A program made the position numbers and the translations under genes. Under the pieces are notes generated by a model. It saw only the letters and a list, made by a program, of their open reading frames with translations, had not been told where the DNA came from and searched no databases. Below are positions 17,329 to 26,377 of a stretch of 32,000 nucleotides of DNA, one piece after another. Position 1 is the first letter of the stretch. Every line of letters begins with the position of its first letter. This DNA comes from Promethearchaeum syntrophicum (GTDB lineage: Archaea; Asgardarchaeota; Lokiarchaeia; Sigyniarchaeales; Promethearchaeaceae), in NCBI RefSeq assembly GCF_008000775.2, contig NZ_CP042905.2, positions 4,020,001-4,052,000 of the forward strand, read 5' to 3'.

Positions 17329-18306
17329 ATGTTTATGACAATTCTTTTCGAATGGACTAATATTGACTGGATAAAGTGGATGCCAGTTGAAATCGCAGTT
17401 TTACTATTTCTAATCATATTAATTCGAATTATTCGTAGGTTGACACGTTGGGGTCCTGTGAAAATCAGTCATGTGAAGGAAGGAGTGTGGGATTATGATG
17501 GAAAAAAATATCACACTTATTATAAATCAAATCCCCTTGAAAACATTGAAAAACTGAATGAAAAATCGCATAATGAAAATAAAATCCTACTAATCCCGAC
17601 TTTAATGGATAAAATCATCAAAGGGAATCATTTAGCGACTGCAATTACGATGTTGGGGCATGAAATAATATTATTAGATCATAAACACATGCATGATCTA
17701 TGCAAAGATCAAATGAATTCAGAGAATAATAGCAGAGATTTTGAAAAATTTCTTTTAGAAGGTGGATTTTCAACAGTCATACTATTTGATTGGTCAATTT
17801 TTCCGATCTTTAAATCCTTGGGCTTTTATGATAATCATTCAATTAATCAAGATCTTCTAAATATATCTTGGATCTTAATTCGTCCTACCTTGAAATGGAG
17901 TGATATCAAATCGATTTGGAAAATGATCCCTTTTACAGGTATTTGGTTTTCCAAATTGCGTTTCTTGATATTTCAGAAAAAGTTCTATAAAAAAATTAAG
18001 CCAGCGTTCAAAAATGGTTCCAATAATTCAAGAAAAAGAGATAATTCTATTATTTTAGATAATTCACAGAGAAATTTCCTTTTTATTCAACCAAGCAATT
18101 CATGGTTATCGAAAGAGGGGGAGAAAAACCTAGAGGACTATCAAAAAAAATATTTCAAAGTATTGAAAGAAGATATTTTCCAATTTTCCCACGGGAATTG
18201 GAGCTTTTTCAGAAATGAAACAATGGTTTTAGGTATTATTATACAAGAAATTTTAAAGAAAGATCGAAAAAAAAAAGTTAAAAACCTAAACAGAACAAAC
18301 TATTAA
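17329..18306 (+). CDS. Hypothetical protein with one N-terminal TM and a cytoplasmic domain
   Basis: TM 'VEIAVLLFLIILIRIIRRL' followed by an alpha/beta-looking domain (KILLIPTLMD..., TAITMLGHEIILLDH, FSTVILFDWS, FSHGNWSFF). Weak alpha/beta-hydrolase resemblance only. 3-bp gap from the GNAT gene. Confidence 0.6.
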   Translation: MFMTILFEWTNIDWIKWMPVEIAVLLFLIILIRIIRRLTRWGPVKISHVKEGVWDYDGKKYHTYYKSNPLENIEKLNEKSHNENKILLIPTLMDKIIKGNHLATAITMLGHEIILLDHKHMHDLCKDQMNSENNSRDFEKFLLEGGFSTVILFDWSIFPIFKSLGFYDNHSINQDLLNISWILIRPTLKWSDIKSIWKMIPFTGIWFSKLRFLIFQKKFYKKIKPAFKNGSNNSRKRDNSIILDNSQRNFLFIQPSNSWLSKEGEKNLEDYQKKYFKVLKEDIFQFSHGNWSFFRNETMVLGIIIQEILKKDRKKKVKNLNRTNY

Positions 18307-18316
18307 TGAAAAGATT

Positions 18317-19024
18317 ATGGGTCGAGTAAAAATAAATCGTACTGGTGAGGGTGTCGAAAAATATTCTCCAGAACACTGGGAACATTTAGATAATTTAAGA
18401 AAACATGCTTTAAAGGTTACTTCGGTGTTTTCCCATCATGGAATTGATTCACTTACCTATGGTTCTGTAGCTCGCGGGGATGTTAATCCAAAAAGTGATA
18501 TTGATATTATATTGTTGACTCAAATTCCAAGTTATCGAGTAGAACTAATTCTAGATGAAACGAATCTCTCCCTTAATCATAAAAAAATAATTCAAGCGAC
18601 CCCAAATGATATTATCAAAGCTCATTTTGAGTTAGAAGGAGATATCTGCATTACCTCATTATTAACTGATTTTACTTCTTCACCTTTTGAATTTTATCGA
18701 TTTGGAGGCGCTTTGAACCACAAGGAATTACATGAAAATAAAAGGGTTCCGGGAGTTGACAAACGCTTGATCCTTATTGAACCAACTGAAGAGGGTCATA
18801 ATGAAAGCCCCTTAATAGAACGTCAGTATGAAGCATCTAAAATTTTAGGAATATCCCAATCAATGATTGATCAACGAATTCGGGTTTTAACAAGAAGGGA
18901 TAAAATTGGGAGAACAGGAATATTTCTAAATAAAGATATCGGGCTTAATGAGAATATTGAAGAAGAATTACGCAGTATTGCACGACATAATCCACTAATC
19001 AGAAGAAGATTAAACAGAAAATAA
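18317..19024 (+). CDS. Predicted nucleotidyltransferase (COG1665-like)
   Basis: Pol-beta NTase motif 'TYGSVARGDVNPKSDIDIILL' and C-terminal 'EASKILGISQSMIDQRIRVLTRRDKIGRTGIFLNKDI...EELRSIARHNPLIRRRL'. Confidence 0.75.
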   Translation: MGRVKINRTGEGVEKYSPEHWEHLDNLRKHALKVTSVFSHHGIDSLTYGSVARGDVNPKSDIDIILLTQIPSYRVELILDETNLSLNHKKIIQATPNDIIKAHFELEGDICITSLLTDFTSSPFEFYRFGGALNHKELHENKRVPGVDKRLILIEPTEEGHNESPLIERQYEASKILGISQSMIDQRIRVLTRRDKIGRTGIFLNKDIGLNENIEEELRSIARHNPLIRRRLNRK

Positions 19025-19143
19025 AAAAATGATATAAAAATCGAGGGATAAAAATACAGCAAAATAACCAAAATAAGCTAAAAAAGAAAAAAAAGCATAA
19101 AAAACAAAATCAAAAATCAATACTAGCAGCTGAGAGTTGGGTC

Positions 19144-20280
19144 GTGGGATCTTTACCTTTAGGATGCAGTTTATGCATGAAAGGAATGAAGTTAGTTTAT
19201 TTCATGGGAGGTGATTGCGCTCTTCCCTCACATTGTAAGTGGTATTGCCCGATTTCAGTTGAAAGAAGAAGTCCTGAGGCTCATTTTGCAGATGAAATTC
19301 CAATTAAAGATTTTGATTCAATTGAAAAGACAGTTGAAAAACTTGTATATGAAGCTAAAAACATTGATGCGAAAGGAATGAGTTTTACGGGGGGAGATCC
19401 TTTATCATCACCTGCAAAACGGGATCGCGTAGTCGCAATAATTCAAGCCATGAAGATCGAGATGGGTGATGATTTCCATATTCATTTATACACATCAGGT
19501 ACGAATTTTGATGTAGTTACCGCAGAAAAATTAGAAGCCGCAGGTTTGGACGATCTCAGATTTCATCCCAGTGAAAAAGATTTCTTTCGGATAGAATTTG
19601 CGATTGGTCGGAAATACACAGTTGCCGGAGAAGTTCCAGTTATCCCAACAGAAGAGAATTTTATGTATCTTTTAAAGCTGGCAGACCATCTTGATATGAT
19701 TGGAGCGGATTTTTTAAACTTAAATGAATTTGAAATGTGTGCTCCTAATCAAAAGGAATTGATTAAAAGAAATTTTCATTTAGAAAAGAATTCAATTGCA
19801 GCCGTTGATGGTTCAAAAAGATATGCGTTAAGATTTTTGGACGAGTTTCATCCCCGAGGGGGATTAATAATTCATTTTTGCCCAGCTGCTGTCAAAGATG
19901 GTGTTCAGATGAGGGAAAGATATATACGGCGCGCCAATCACATCCGAAAAGAATATGAAGAAGTATCAGAGGATGGTTGTTTACTATTCTTACAGATTCA
20001 AGGGGCTGTTCAAGAGGTTAATAGTTTGTACAAAATGCTATTGAAGGATTCAAAAATGCCAAAAAATCTGCTAGAGATGAATCCATCAAAAGGAACATTG
20101 AATGTTCCTTCATTTTTATCGACTAATGAAAATTTTTTGGAATTATTGAATAATTTTCTTGTTAAAGCGGGAATTTATGAAATTCTGCCTTTTCGAGAAC
20201 CAGAATGTGCACAAATCAGAGAATATACTCCAATTATGAGCAATATTAAATCGAAATTAAAAAAAAAGAGATTTAAATAA
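19144..20280 (+). CDS. Radical SAM protein related to the archaeal COG2108 family, with atypical cluster motif
   Basis: 'LPLGCSLCMKGMKLVYFMGGDCALPSHCKWYCPISVERR', 'GMSFTGGDPLSSPAKR', 'HIHLYTSGT', 'AGLDDLRFHP'. GTG start at 19144. Confidence 0.75.
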   Translation: MGSLPLGCSLCMKGMKLVYFMGGDCALPSHCKWYCPISVERRSPEAHFADEIPIKDFDSIEKTVEKLVYEAKNIDAKGMSFTGGDPLSSPAKRDRVVAIIQAMKIEMGDDFHIHLYTSGTNFDVVTAEKLEAAGLDDLRFHPSEKDFFRIEFAIGRKYTVAGEVPVIPTEENFMYLLKLADHLDMIGADFLNLNEFEMCAPNQKELIKRNFHLEKNSIAAVDGSKRYALRFLDEFHPRGGLIIHFCPAAVKDGVQMRERYIRRANHIRKEYEEVSEDGCLLFLQIQGAVQEVNSLYKMLLKDSKMPKNLLEMNPSKGTLNVPSFLSTNENFLELLNNFLVKAGIYEILPFREPECAQIREYTPIMSNIKSKLKKKRFK

Positions 20281-20923
20281 CTTCTAATAATACTAGGGTG
20301 ATTAAAATAGAACCAATTGTGATAATCGATATAAGGAGGAAGAGCAACACAATTTTTAATGATTTTTGATCTCTATTAGGCCAGTGAGGTTCGAGTGGTT
20401 CTGCAAAATTCTCAGCAGGAAACCCACCTTGATCTTGTAATAAGGTATTAAGTTGCCTACCCCATGACTCGATGTTGTCTTGATCGAGTTTTGATGAAAA
20501 AACTTTCATTTTTTCAGATTGAAATGTTAATACCAAAAACTTAGCTATCTCATGTGAATATCTGCCTTTAGGTACGTTTTTAAATATTAAATCAAACTTG
20601 TTGATAGTTTCGAAAGGATAACTTCTTTTCACAACGCGAAGCCCTCTCCAATACTCATTAAACACTAAAGATCTTGTTGAAACATCCGCAGTAAATCGTT
20701 TGACGACATCCCGTCGAAGAAAAACTAATACTAAAACTAACACCTCGAAAATTGCAACAATAGTTATAATCAATACGAATCCTTCGAATTCTTTAAAGTT
20801 AGGATCTGTAATAAAACCCATGATAAGACACAACGGCATTATGGGAAGAATAATCAGACCTGCCCACCATAAAGTCTTAACGGATAATTCTACTGATTGT
20901 TCAGAACGAGAATTTTCTAGCAT
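20273..20923 (-). CDS. Membrane protein with PH-like C-terminal region, tandem paralog A
   Basis: Two TM segments plus 'RSLVFNEYWRGLRVVKRSYPFETINKFDL...LNTLLQDQGGFPAENFAEPL'. The track starts at 21013, but homology with the neighbour and length match support ATG at 20923 (MLENSRSEQSVELS). Confidence 0.6.
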   Translation of the reverse strand: MLENSRSEQSVELSVKTLWWAGLIILPIMPLCLIMGFITDPNFKEFEGFVLIITIVAIFEVLVLVLVFLRRDVVKRFTADVSTRSLVFNEYWRGLRVVKRSYPFETINKFDLIFKNVPKGRYSHEIAKFLVLTFQSEKMKVFSSKLDQDNIESWGRQLNTLLQDQGGFPAENFAEPLEPHWPNRDQKSLKIVLLFLLISIITIGSILITLVLLEVI

Positions 20924-21051
20924 ATGTATGAGTGAGAAAATTCTTACAAATAAATTTGTGGTACACAGATGTGTTTTGCAGATCGAAAAAAGTGGGAAGG
21001 GAAAGATATCCATAAATTATAGTCATATGAAATAAATTTAAATTCGAAAGA

Positions 21052-21717
21052 CTAGAATGAAGAACTATTTGGACCTATCACGAAGATCATGAAAAGTATA
21101 ATGAGGAAAACAACTCCCAATCCGGAAATGATAAATATATATAAGATTTTTAGGTGTTTTTTATTATCTTCAATTTGGTGAGCAATGAGTGGTTCTATGA
21201 AACGTTCAGAAGGGAAGCCACCTTGATCTTGTAATAAAGTATTTAATCCGATGGCTAAATTCTTAACATTGGCCTGTATGGAGATTCCCATGAAAATTTT
21301 TTTCTTTCCCGATTGAAAAACTAATGCCAAGACATCAATCTGTTGTTGGGAATACCTACCACTGGGAACCATTCTGGTGAAAATATCAAACTTATTTATG
21401 ATTTCAAATGGATAAATTCTTTTAAATACGCGTAGACCACTCCAAAATACTTCAAATACTAATGATCGCATAGAAGAATCTACAGAGAATCGTTTGGTGG
21501 TTTTCCGGCTTAATAAAGCAATCATTAAAGACCCTACTGAGAAAAACGCTACACTAATAATGATAATCTCATTCCCTTTGAACGAATTGAAGGTAGGATC
21601 TGTTAAAGTTCCCCCGACAAGGCAGAGCGGCATTAACAGAGCAGATACTAGTCCAATCCACCATACCGTCTGGGTAGAGATGTTTACTGATTGTTCAGAT
21701 TCAAAATTTTCTGACAT
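21052..21717 (-). CDS. Membrane protein with PH-like C-terminal region, tandem paralog B
   Basis: 'MSENFESEQSVNISTQTVWWIGL...RSLVFEVFWSGLRVFKRIYPFEIINKFDIF...LNTLLQDQGGFPSERFIEPL', colinear with the 20273-20923 product. Confidence 0.6.
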   Translation of the reverse strand: MSENFESEQSVNISTQTVWWIGLVSALLMPLCLVGGTLTDPTFNSFKGNEIIIISVAFFSVGSLMIALLSRKTTKRFSVDSSMRSLVFEVFWSGLRVFKRIYPFEIINKFDIFTRMVPSGRYSQQQIDVLALVFQSGKKKIFMGISIQANVKNLAIGLNTLLQDQGGFPSERFIEPLIAHQIEDNKKHLKILYIFIISGLGVVFLIILFMIFVIGPNSSSF

Positions 21718-21848
21718 ATTGATCTTGTTTTAAATTTCGATCAAATAAATTTGTGGGACACTCTGTAATTTTGTGGTATAATCTGTGTTGATTTTATAAT
21801 TCCTAATTAATAATTCACCTTTTTTTAAATTACTTCTAATAAAGAAAT

Positions 21849-23036
21849 ATGAAGAACCACCGATTAATTACTTCATTTAAAAACTCTGAAGCGTTTATTG
21901 CTGAGGCTACTCAATTTTTGGAAAAATTTGCTAAAGATAAAAAAGTTTTTTGCGCGCTATCAGGGGGTGTAGACAGTGCTGCCGTTTATCTTTTATTAAA
22001 ACATGCACAAATCAATGTCTTACCTGTTTTTATTGATCATGGATTGATGCGCATTATTAATGGTATGGAGGAACGTGAATATATTAAAAAATATTTTCCA
22101 GATGCCAGGATAGTTGATATTCGCGCTGATTTTCTTCCTAAAATATTCCTTGAAGAAGATGCGGAGAATAAAAGAAAGTTATTTAAAACCGGTTATTCTG
22201 ATATTATTAGCCGAACGATTAGAGATGAAAAATGTGATTTATTGGCAGATGGTACAATTTTACCTGATATTGAAGAAAGCTTTGGCGTGAAAATATCTGA
22301 CTTGAAGGAAACATTATCGATTCAAGAAGAAATTGATCTAAAATCAAAGAATAACAAAGGGTTTGTAAAAAGTCAACATAATTTAGATATTGAATATGAG
22401 GTTGAAGCGACAATTCAACCAGTTGCCAGTCTAACTAAACCAGAAATCAGAGAAATTCTCAAATATTTTAAGATGCCCGAAGAAATTGTATATCGGAAAG
22501 CTTTTCCAGGGCCAGCTCTGGCTGCAAGAATAATCGGTCCAATAACTGCTGAAAATTTATCTTTTGAGAAAAAAGTGCATGATATCGTTGAAAGTAAAAT
22601 CAATGAATATTATATTAAGAATCATGGAAAATCAATGATAATTAATGATAAAGGGGAACAAGAACCGTTCCAAATGTTTGCTGCTATTTCTGAAGATGTC
22701 TTGAATAAAAAGGTGACCGGATTAGTTAATGGTCAGAGGACATATGACTTTCCTTTGGTAGTGTATGGAAAATGGAATTATAAATCCCTAACTGAGATGG
22801 CTTCGAAGATTACGGGATATACCAGAATGTTCTATGAAATTGTAGATTGCAAAAAGGGAGTATATGATGTTGTAATTCGATCTGTCAACAGCATTGATGC
22901 TAGAACTGCGAGTGTTACTGATCTACCATATGATCTAATTAGTTCAATTGCAGAACATTTATCAGAAATTCCCGAAACTAAAAGAATTTATTTTGACATG
23001 ACTCCGAAACCACCAGGAACTATTGAATATGTTTAA
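21849..23036 (+). CDS. guaAB: GMP synthase (glutamine-hydrolysing) subunit B, ATP pyrophosphatase
   Basis: PP-loop 'CALSGGVDSAAVY', 'VFIDHGLMR', 'ENKRKLF', 'FVKSQHNL', 'FPGPALAARIIG', C-terminal 'YFDMTPKPPGTIEY'. Confidence 0.88.
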   Translation: MKNHRLITSFKNSEAFIAEATQFLEKFAKDKKVFCALSGGVDSAAVYLLLKHAQINVLPVFIDHGLMRIINGMEEREYIKKYFPDARIVDIRADFLPKIFLEEDAENKRKLFKTGYSDIISRTIRDEKCDLLADGTILPDIEESFGVKISDLKETLSIQEEIDLKSKNNKGFVKSQHNLDIEYEVEATIQPVASLTKPEIREILKYFKMPEEIVYRKAFPGPALAARIIGPITAENLSFEKKVHDIVESKINEYYIKNHGKSMIINDKGEQEPFQMFAAISEDVLNKKVTGLVNGQRTYDFPLVVYGKWNYKSLTEMASKITGYTRMFYEIVDCKKGVYDVVIRSVNSIDARTASVTDLPYDLISSIAEHLSEIPETKRIYFDMTPKPPGTIEYV

Positions 23037-24079
23037 TGAATTGTTGGAATTGCAGTTAAGAGATTGCCTTTCAAGGAACTTTTAATAAATTTTACTCTGA
23101 TCTTTTTTTTTAATGGAATTTTTTCTTTACTCAATACTTTGACTGCCCATTTATCTTCAAATAATGCAATATATTCATTTCTCCATCTTCCTTTCATTAA
23201 AATTTCAACATTTCTAATGTCATCTATTCGAACGGAAGGATAAATAGCCGTTGTTTTGTGAATACCAAAATCATTGGGACCTAGTCTTAGTTTAATTTTG
23301 TACTCTTTTTCCATATTCTGTAACAATTTATAAAAATACTTGAAATCTCTCATCCTAGCTTTTTTGATTTTCCTTCCTGTTCGATATGTAAGGTAGTTTT
23401 GAATACCCAATCTCAACTTAGGCCATTTATACCCTTTTTCTTCTACTTTTTTAATATATTTGATAATATCTAAGATTCCATTATCATTTATTCCTTTAAA
23501 CCACACAGGGGCGATTAACAATTCCATTTTGCTCTTTAAAACTAAATCAAAAACGTGTAAAAGATGTTCCAAATTGTAATTTTTTACTCCGCAGTAATCT
23601 GCACATTCATTTTCATCCATGCTGTTAAGTGATATGTTTAAACGATCTAAACCGGCGTTTTCCAATTCTCTGATTTTTTTCTTGGTAAGTAACACCCCAT
23701 TTGATTGCATAGAAATGGTTTTTATCTCGGGAATATTGCGGAGATCAGAAATCAGCTCATTTAATTCCTTATATAATAGAACTTCTCCATAAGCTGCTAA
23801 ATGAATTTCAATATCATCACAATTTTTTAATTCAATGGCTTTTATTATCCACTCAACTAGGTAATCTCTATCAATTGAAAAATTTCTATCATAATCTCCT
23901 GCACTAACAAAACAATATTTGCAATGAAAATTACATATTGTGATAGGTTTTACTTCTAATACATTTGTGGCCCGATCCAGAACTCCCAGAAAATCTAACC
24001 CGAATAAGGGAACATTGGATTTATAATCAATTATTATAAGATTTGAATTGGATTTTGGATTTTCTTCTGGATCGCTCAT
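23033..24079 (-). CDS. Radical SAM protein (COG2100-like Fe-S oxidoreductase)
   Basis: 'LDFLGVLDRATNVLEVKPITICNFHCKYCFVSAGD' (canonical CX3CX2C), 'MQSNGVLLTKKKIRELENAGLDRLNISLNS', 'LLIAPVWFKGINDNGI'. Confidence 0.85.
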   Translation of the reverse strand: MSDPEENPKSNSNLIIIDYKSNVPLFGLDFLGVLDRATNVLEVKPITICNFHCKYCFVSAGDYDRNFSIDRDYLVEWIIKAIELKNCDDIEIHLAAYGEVLLYKELNELISDLRNIPEIKTISMQSNGVLLTKKKIRELENAGLDRLNISLNSMDENECADYCGVKNYNLEHLLHVFDLVLKSKMELLIAPVWFKGINDNGILDIIKYIKKVEEKGYKWPKLRLGIQNYLTYRTGRKIKKARMRDFKYFYKLLQNMEKEYKIKLRLGPNDFGIHKTTAIYPSVRIDDIRNVEILMKGRWRNEYIALFEDKWAVKVLSKEKIPLKKKIRVKFIKSSLKGNLLTAIPTIH

Positions 24080-25176
24080 TATAAATTCACTTTGTATCTA
24101 AGAATTGCTGCAATTTTGCCGTAATTTTCTAACTGCTCGCCTGCTGGGTTCATAGTGCTTAAAATATGAACCTGGCCTCGATTTTTTTCAGTATTATTTA
24201 AAATTTCTTCAATTTCTGCTCGAGATTCCTTTTCAGATACACGTAACAACACATCACATATTAATAGATGTTCAATTGCACCCATTATGGAACATTGCTT
24301 CACTTGATCGAGTCCATACATTATCATATCATTATCTTTTCCCAGAAATTCAATGAATTGCTGCATCATCATTTCATCTTGCGCAATTTTGAAATCAGCT
24401 TTTAAAGTAGATATTGAACCATTTCGTAGTATTTCATAAATCGCACTGATTTCACCTGAACTAGCACTGATTGCTGCCATTTTTACATTATTGCTTTTTT
24501 TTTCATGTTTTTCCCGATAGGTTTCAACAAAATGCTCTTTTGTAAAACCAGGACCACAAATAACAATTAAACTAAGCGGATATTTTGCGAGATTTTCGTC
24601 AATGACCGTAATTACATTATTATAGAATTTTTCAACAATTTCTTTATGCATCTGCTTTGAATATCTCTTTCCCGGTATATTTTCCTTTATTTCTGAAATA
24701 GGTGTTAAAGAATAATTTGTTAACATTGCAATATTTGCCAATCCATTTTCGATTGCAATACATAATACTGATGAGGTGCTCTTTTGTTCCAAATTTCTTC
24801 TAATTCTTTGAATATCATTTCTATACCATTGTTCTTTAAATATCGTAATTTTTGAACCTGGTTCTAAATTGAACGTGTGATGTTGACCTGTTGAAACCCA
24901 ATCTTCGGGACCTTCAAGAATCGTTCCCAATACTCTAAGTCTGTTTGTAAATTCATGAAATTCAACCTTTTGAATATTAAGTAATAAGGTCATTGGCTTT
25001 CTAACCCCAGAATCTCCTTCTCTCATAACCACGCGACGGAAAGTTCTTCCTTTTATTTGATCATTTTCACGAATAATATTGTAAATTACCCATAAATCAT
25101 CTAAGCTTTCAATTAATACCTTCAATTCTCCGTTCCGCGTTTTATCTACTAATACTTGCATATATGAAAGCTCCAT
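24079..25176 (-). CDS. pelA: mRNA surveillance protein Pelota (aPelota, Dom34-like)
   Basis: 'EDLDDLWVIYNIIRENDQIKGRTFRRV' type N-domain (here ESLDDLWVIYNIIREND), 'VEFHEFTNRLRVLGTILEGPED', 'ISASSGEISAIYEIL', C-terminal eRF1-3-like 'GQVHILSTMNPAGEQLENYGKIAAILRYKV'. Confidence 0.92.
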   Translation of the reverse strand: MELSYMQVLVDKTRNGELKVLIESLDDLWVIYNIIRENDQIKGRTFRRVVMREGDSGVRKPMTLLLNIQKVEFHEFTNRLRVLGTILEGPEDWVSTGQHHTFNLEPGSKITIFKEQWYRNDIQRIRRNLEQKSTSSVLCIAIENGLANIAMLTNYSLTPISEIKENIPGKRYSKQMHKEIVEKFYNNVITVIDENLAKYPLSLIVICGPGFTKEHFVETYREKHEKKSNNVKMAAISASSGEISAIYEILRNGSISTLKADFKIAQDEMMMQQFIEFLGKDNDMIMYGLDQVKQCSIMGAIEHLLICDVLLRVSEKESRAEIEEILNNTEKNRGQVHILSTMNPAGEQLENYGKIAAILRYKVNL

Positions 25177-25866
25177 TTATTTTTCTACATTTCTTTTAAA
25201 ATTCTCAAGGAATAATTTAACCATTCCAGTATTGTATGCATCTGTAATTGCTTTTAAAATTGAATCTGAAGAAATCTCTCTTTTCAAATCATCTAAAGAA
25301 TTAATTTTTCCCTTTACTGGTTCATTATTTCCTTGCAGAATATTTGTTATTTGAGTAATTGAGATTTCAAAAGTTTTCATAAAGGGTTCCCACTCATTTG
25401 GTTCTAAATATTTGAATTGAGCATGTTTACCATTAGTTGTTTGGGTCTCCAAGAAATTTATTGCTTGCTGTAAATCATCAGGTTCCCCAAATAAGATTTC
25501 ACCATAAGAAATTTCTTTTTTTTCTTTTGGACTTTTTACCCCTACTTTATCTATAGCCTTGGTTATTTGTTTCTCATGTGAAAGATATAATAAAAATTCA
25601 ACACCGTATTGCTTTGAGATATTAGAACCTAACGAAAAAGTTGAATGAACATGATGTAAAATAAATTTAAGTTGATCTTTTGAAATTACGAACTGTGAAT
25701 TAAACATTTGAAAAGAGATATTGAATTTTTCCATTATTTCTTGTTTAAGCAGTATGAATTGATCCAAATATGAGGTTGGTTTCAGATGTTTCGGATTATC
25801 TTTAACCGTCCCAATATATTGAGCTAAAGACATAGCTACTCCTTTTTCAACTTCAATTATATTCAT
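25177..25866 (-). CDS. KEOPS complex subunit Cgi121-like protein
   Basis: 'ILHHVHSTFSLGSNISKQYGVEFLLYLSHEKQITKAIDKVGVK' matches the CGI-121 family pattern (E-x-L-L-Y-x-S-x-x-x-Q-I-x-x-A-I-x-K-x-G). Confidence 0.65.
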   Translation of the reverse strand: MNIIEVEKGVAMSLAQYIGTVKDNPKHLKPTSYLDQFILLKQEIMEKFNISFQMFNSQFVISKDQLKFILHHVHSTFSLGSNISKQYGVEFLLYLSHEKQITKAIDKVGVKSPKEKKEISYGEILFGEPDDLQQAINFLETQTTNGKHAQFKYLEPNEWEPFMKTFEISITQITNILQGNNEPVKGKINSLDDLKREISSDSILKAITDAYNTGMVKLFLENFKRNVEK

Positions 25867-26365
25867 TTAAATTTCTCCACTCTGAATATTCTTTTTCCCA
25901 AAAGAATAAAACCCACTTTTTAGTATGCACTATAGAATAATCTGCGGTAATATTTGGATTTTTTTGCTTATCCACCAGAAGAGCTAGTTTATAATTTTCA
26001 ATTTTATGAATTTTAAGAAGAGTATAAATAAACTCAGCCGTTTTCCCTTCGTCTATTAAATCTTCGATAACTAATACCTTTTTTCCTTTCATTTTCTCCC
26101 AAGGAGGTTCCTGAAGGATTTCAATATCATTCTGTTTCATTTTATGGTAAGATCTCAATCTAATTGTGTAAAATGTTGAGATATTTAATTTAGAAGCAAT
26201 GTAATATGCCAGTACTAACCCTCCACGAGCTATACATAAAATCATATCAAAGGGCTCACTTTCAGGAGTATCTTCAATAATTTTTTCAATTAACAAATTG
26301 GAATGTTTATAAAATTTCTCAGGAGTATAAACATAGTATTTTTCAATATCTTCATTTTCAGTCAT
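25853..26365 (-). CDS. Phosphoribosyltransferase (xanthine/hypoxanthine-guanine type)
   Basis: 'FDMILCIARGGLVLAYYIASKL', PRPP loop 'KVLVIEDLIDEGKTAE', 'WVLFFWEKEYSEW'. Confidence 0.85.
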   Translation of the reverse strand: MTENEDIEKYYVYTPEKFYKHSNLLIEKIIEDTPESEPFDMILCIARGGLVLAYYIASKLNISTFYTIRLRSYHKMKQNDIEILQEPPWEKMKGKKVLVIEDLIDEGKTAEFIYTLLKIHKIENYKLALLVDKQKNPNITADYSIVHTKKWVLFFWEKEYSEWRNLNEYN

Positions 26366-26377
26366 TCTAATTTCAGC

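Noticed and set aside
16804-17417. Minus-strand ORFs (16804, 17087, 17235) across GNAT gene
   Set aside because: Overlap a motif-supported GNAT gene; no motifs of their own.
17329-18306. Firm alpha/beta-hydrolase assignment for the TM-anchored protein
   Set aside because: No GxSxG nucleophile elbow; only vague beta-strand/loop resemblance, so left as hypothetical.
20700-21035. 111-aa plus-strand ORF antisense to membrane paralog A
   Set aside because: K/T/I-rich artefactual translation; the minus-strand frame has paralog support.
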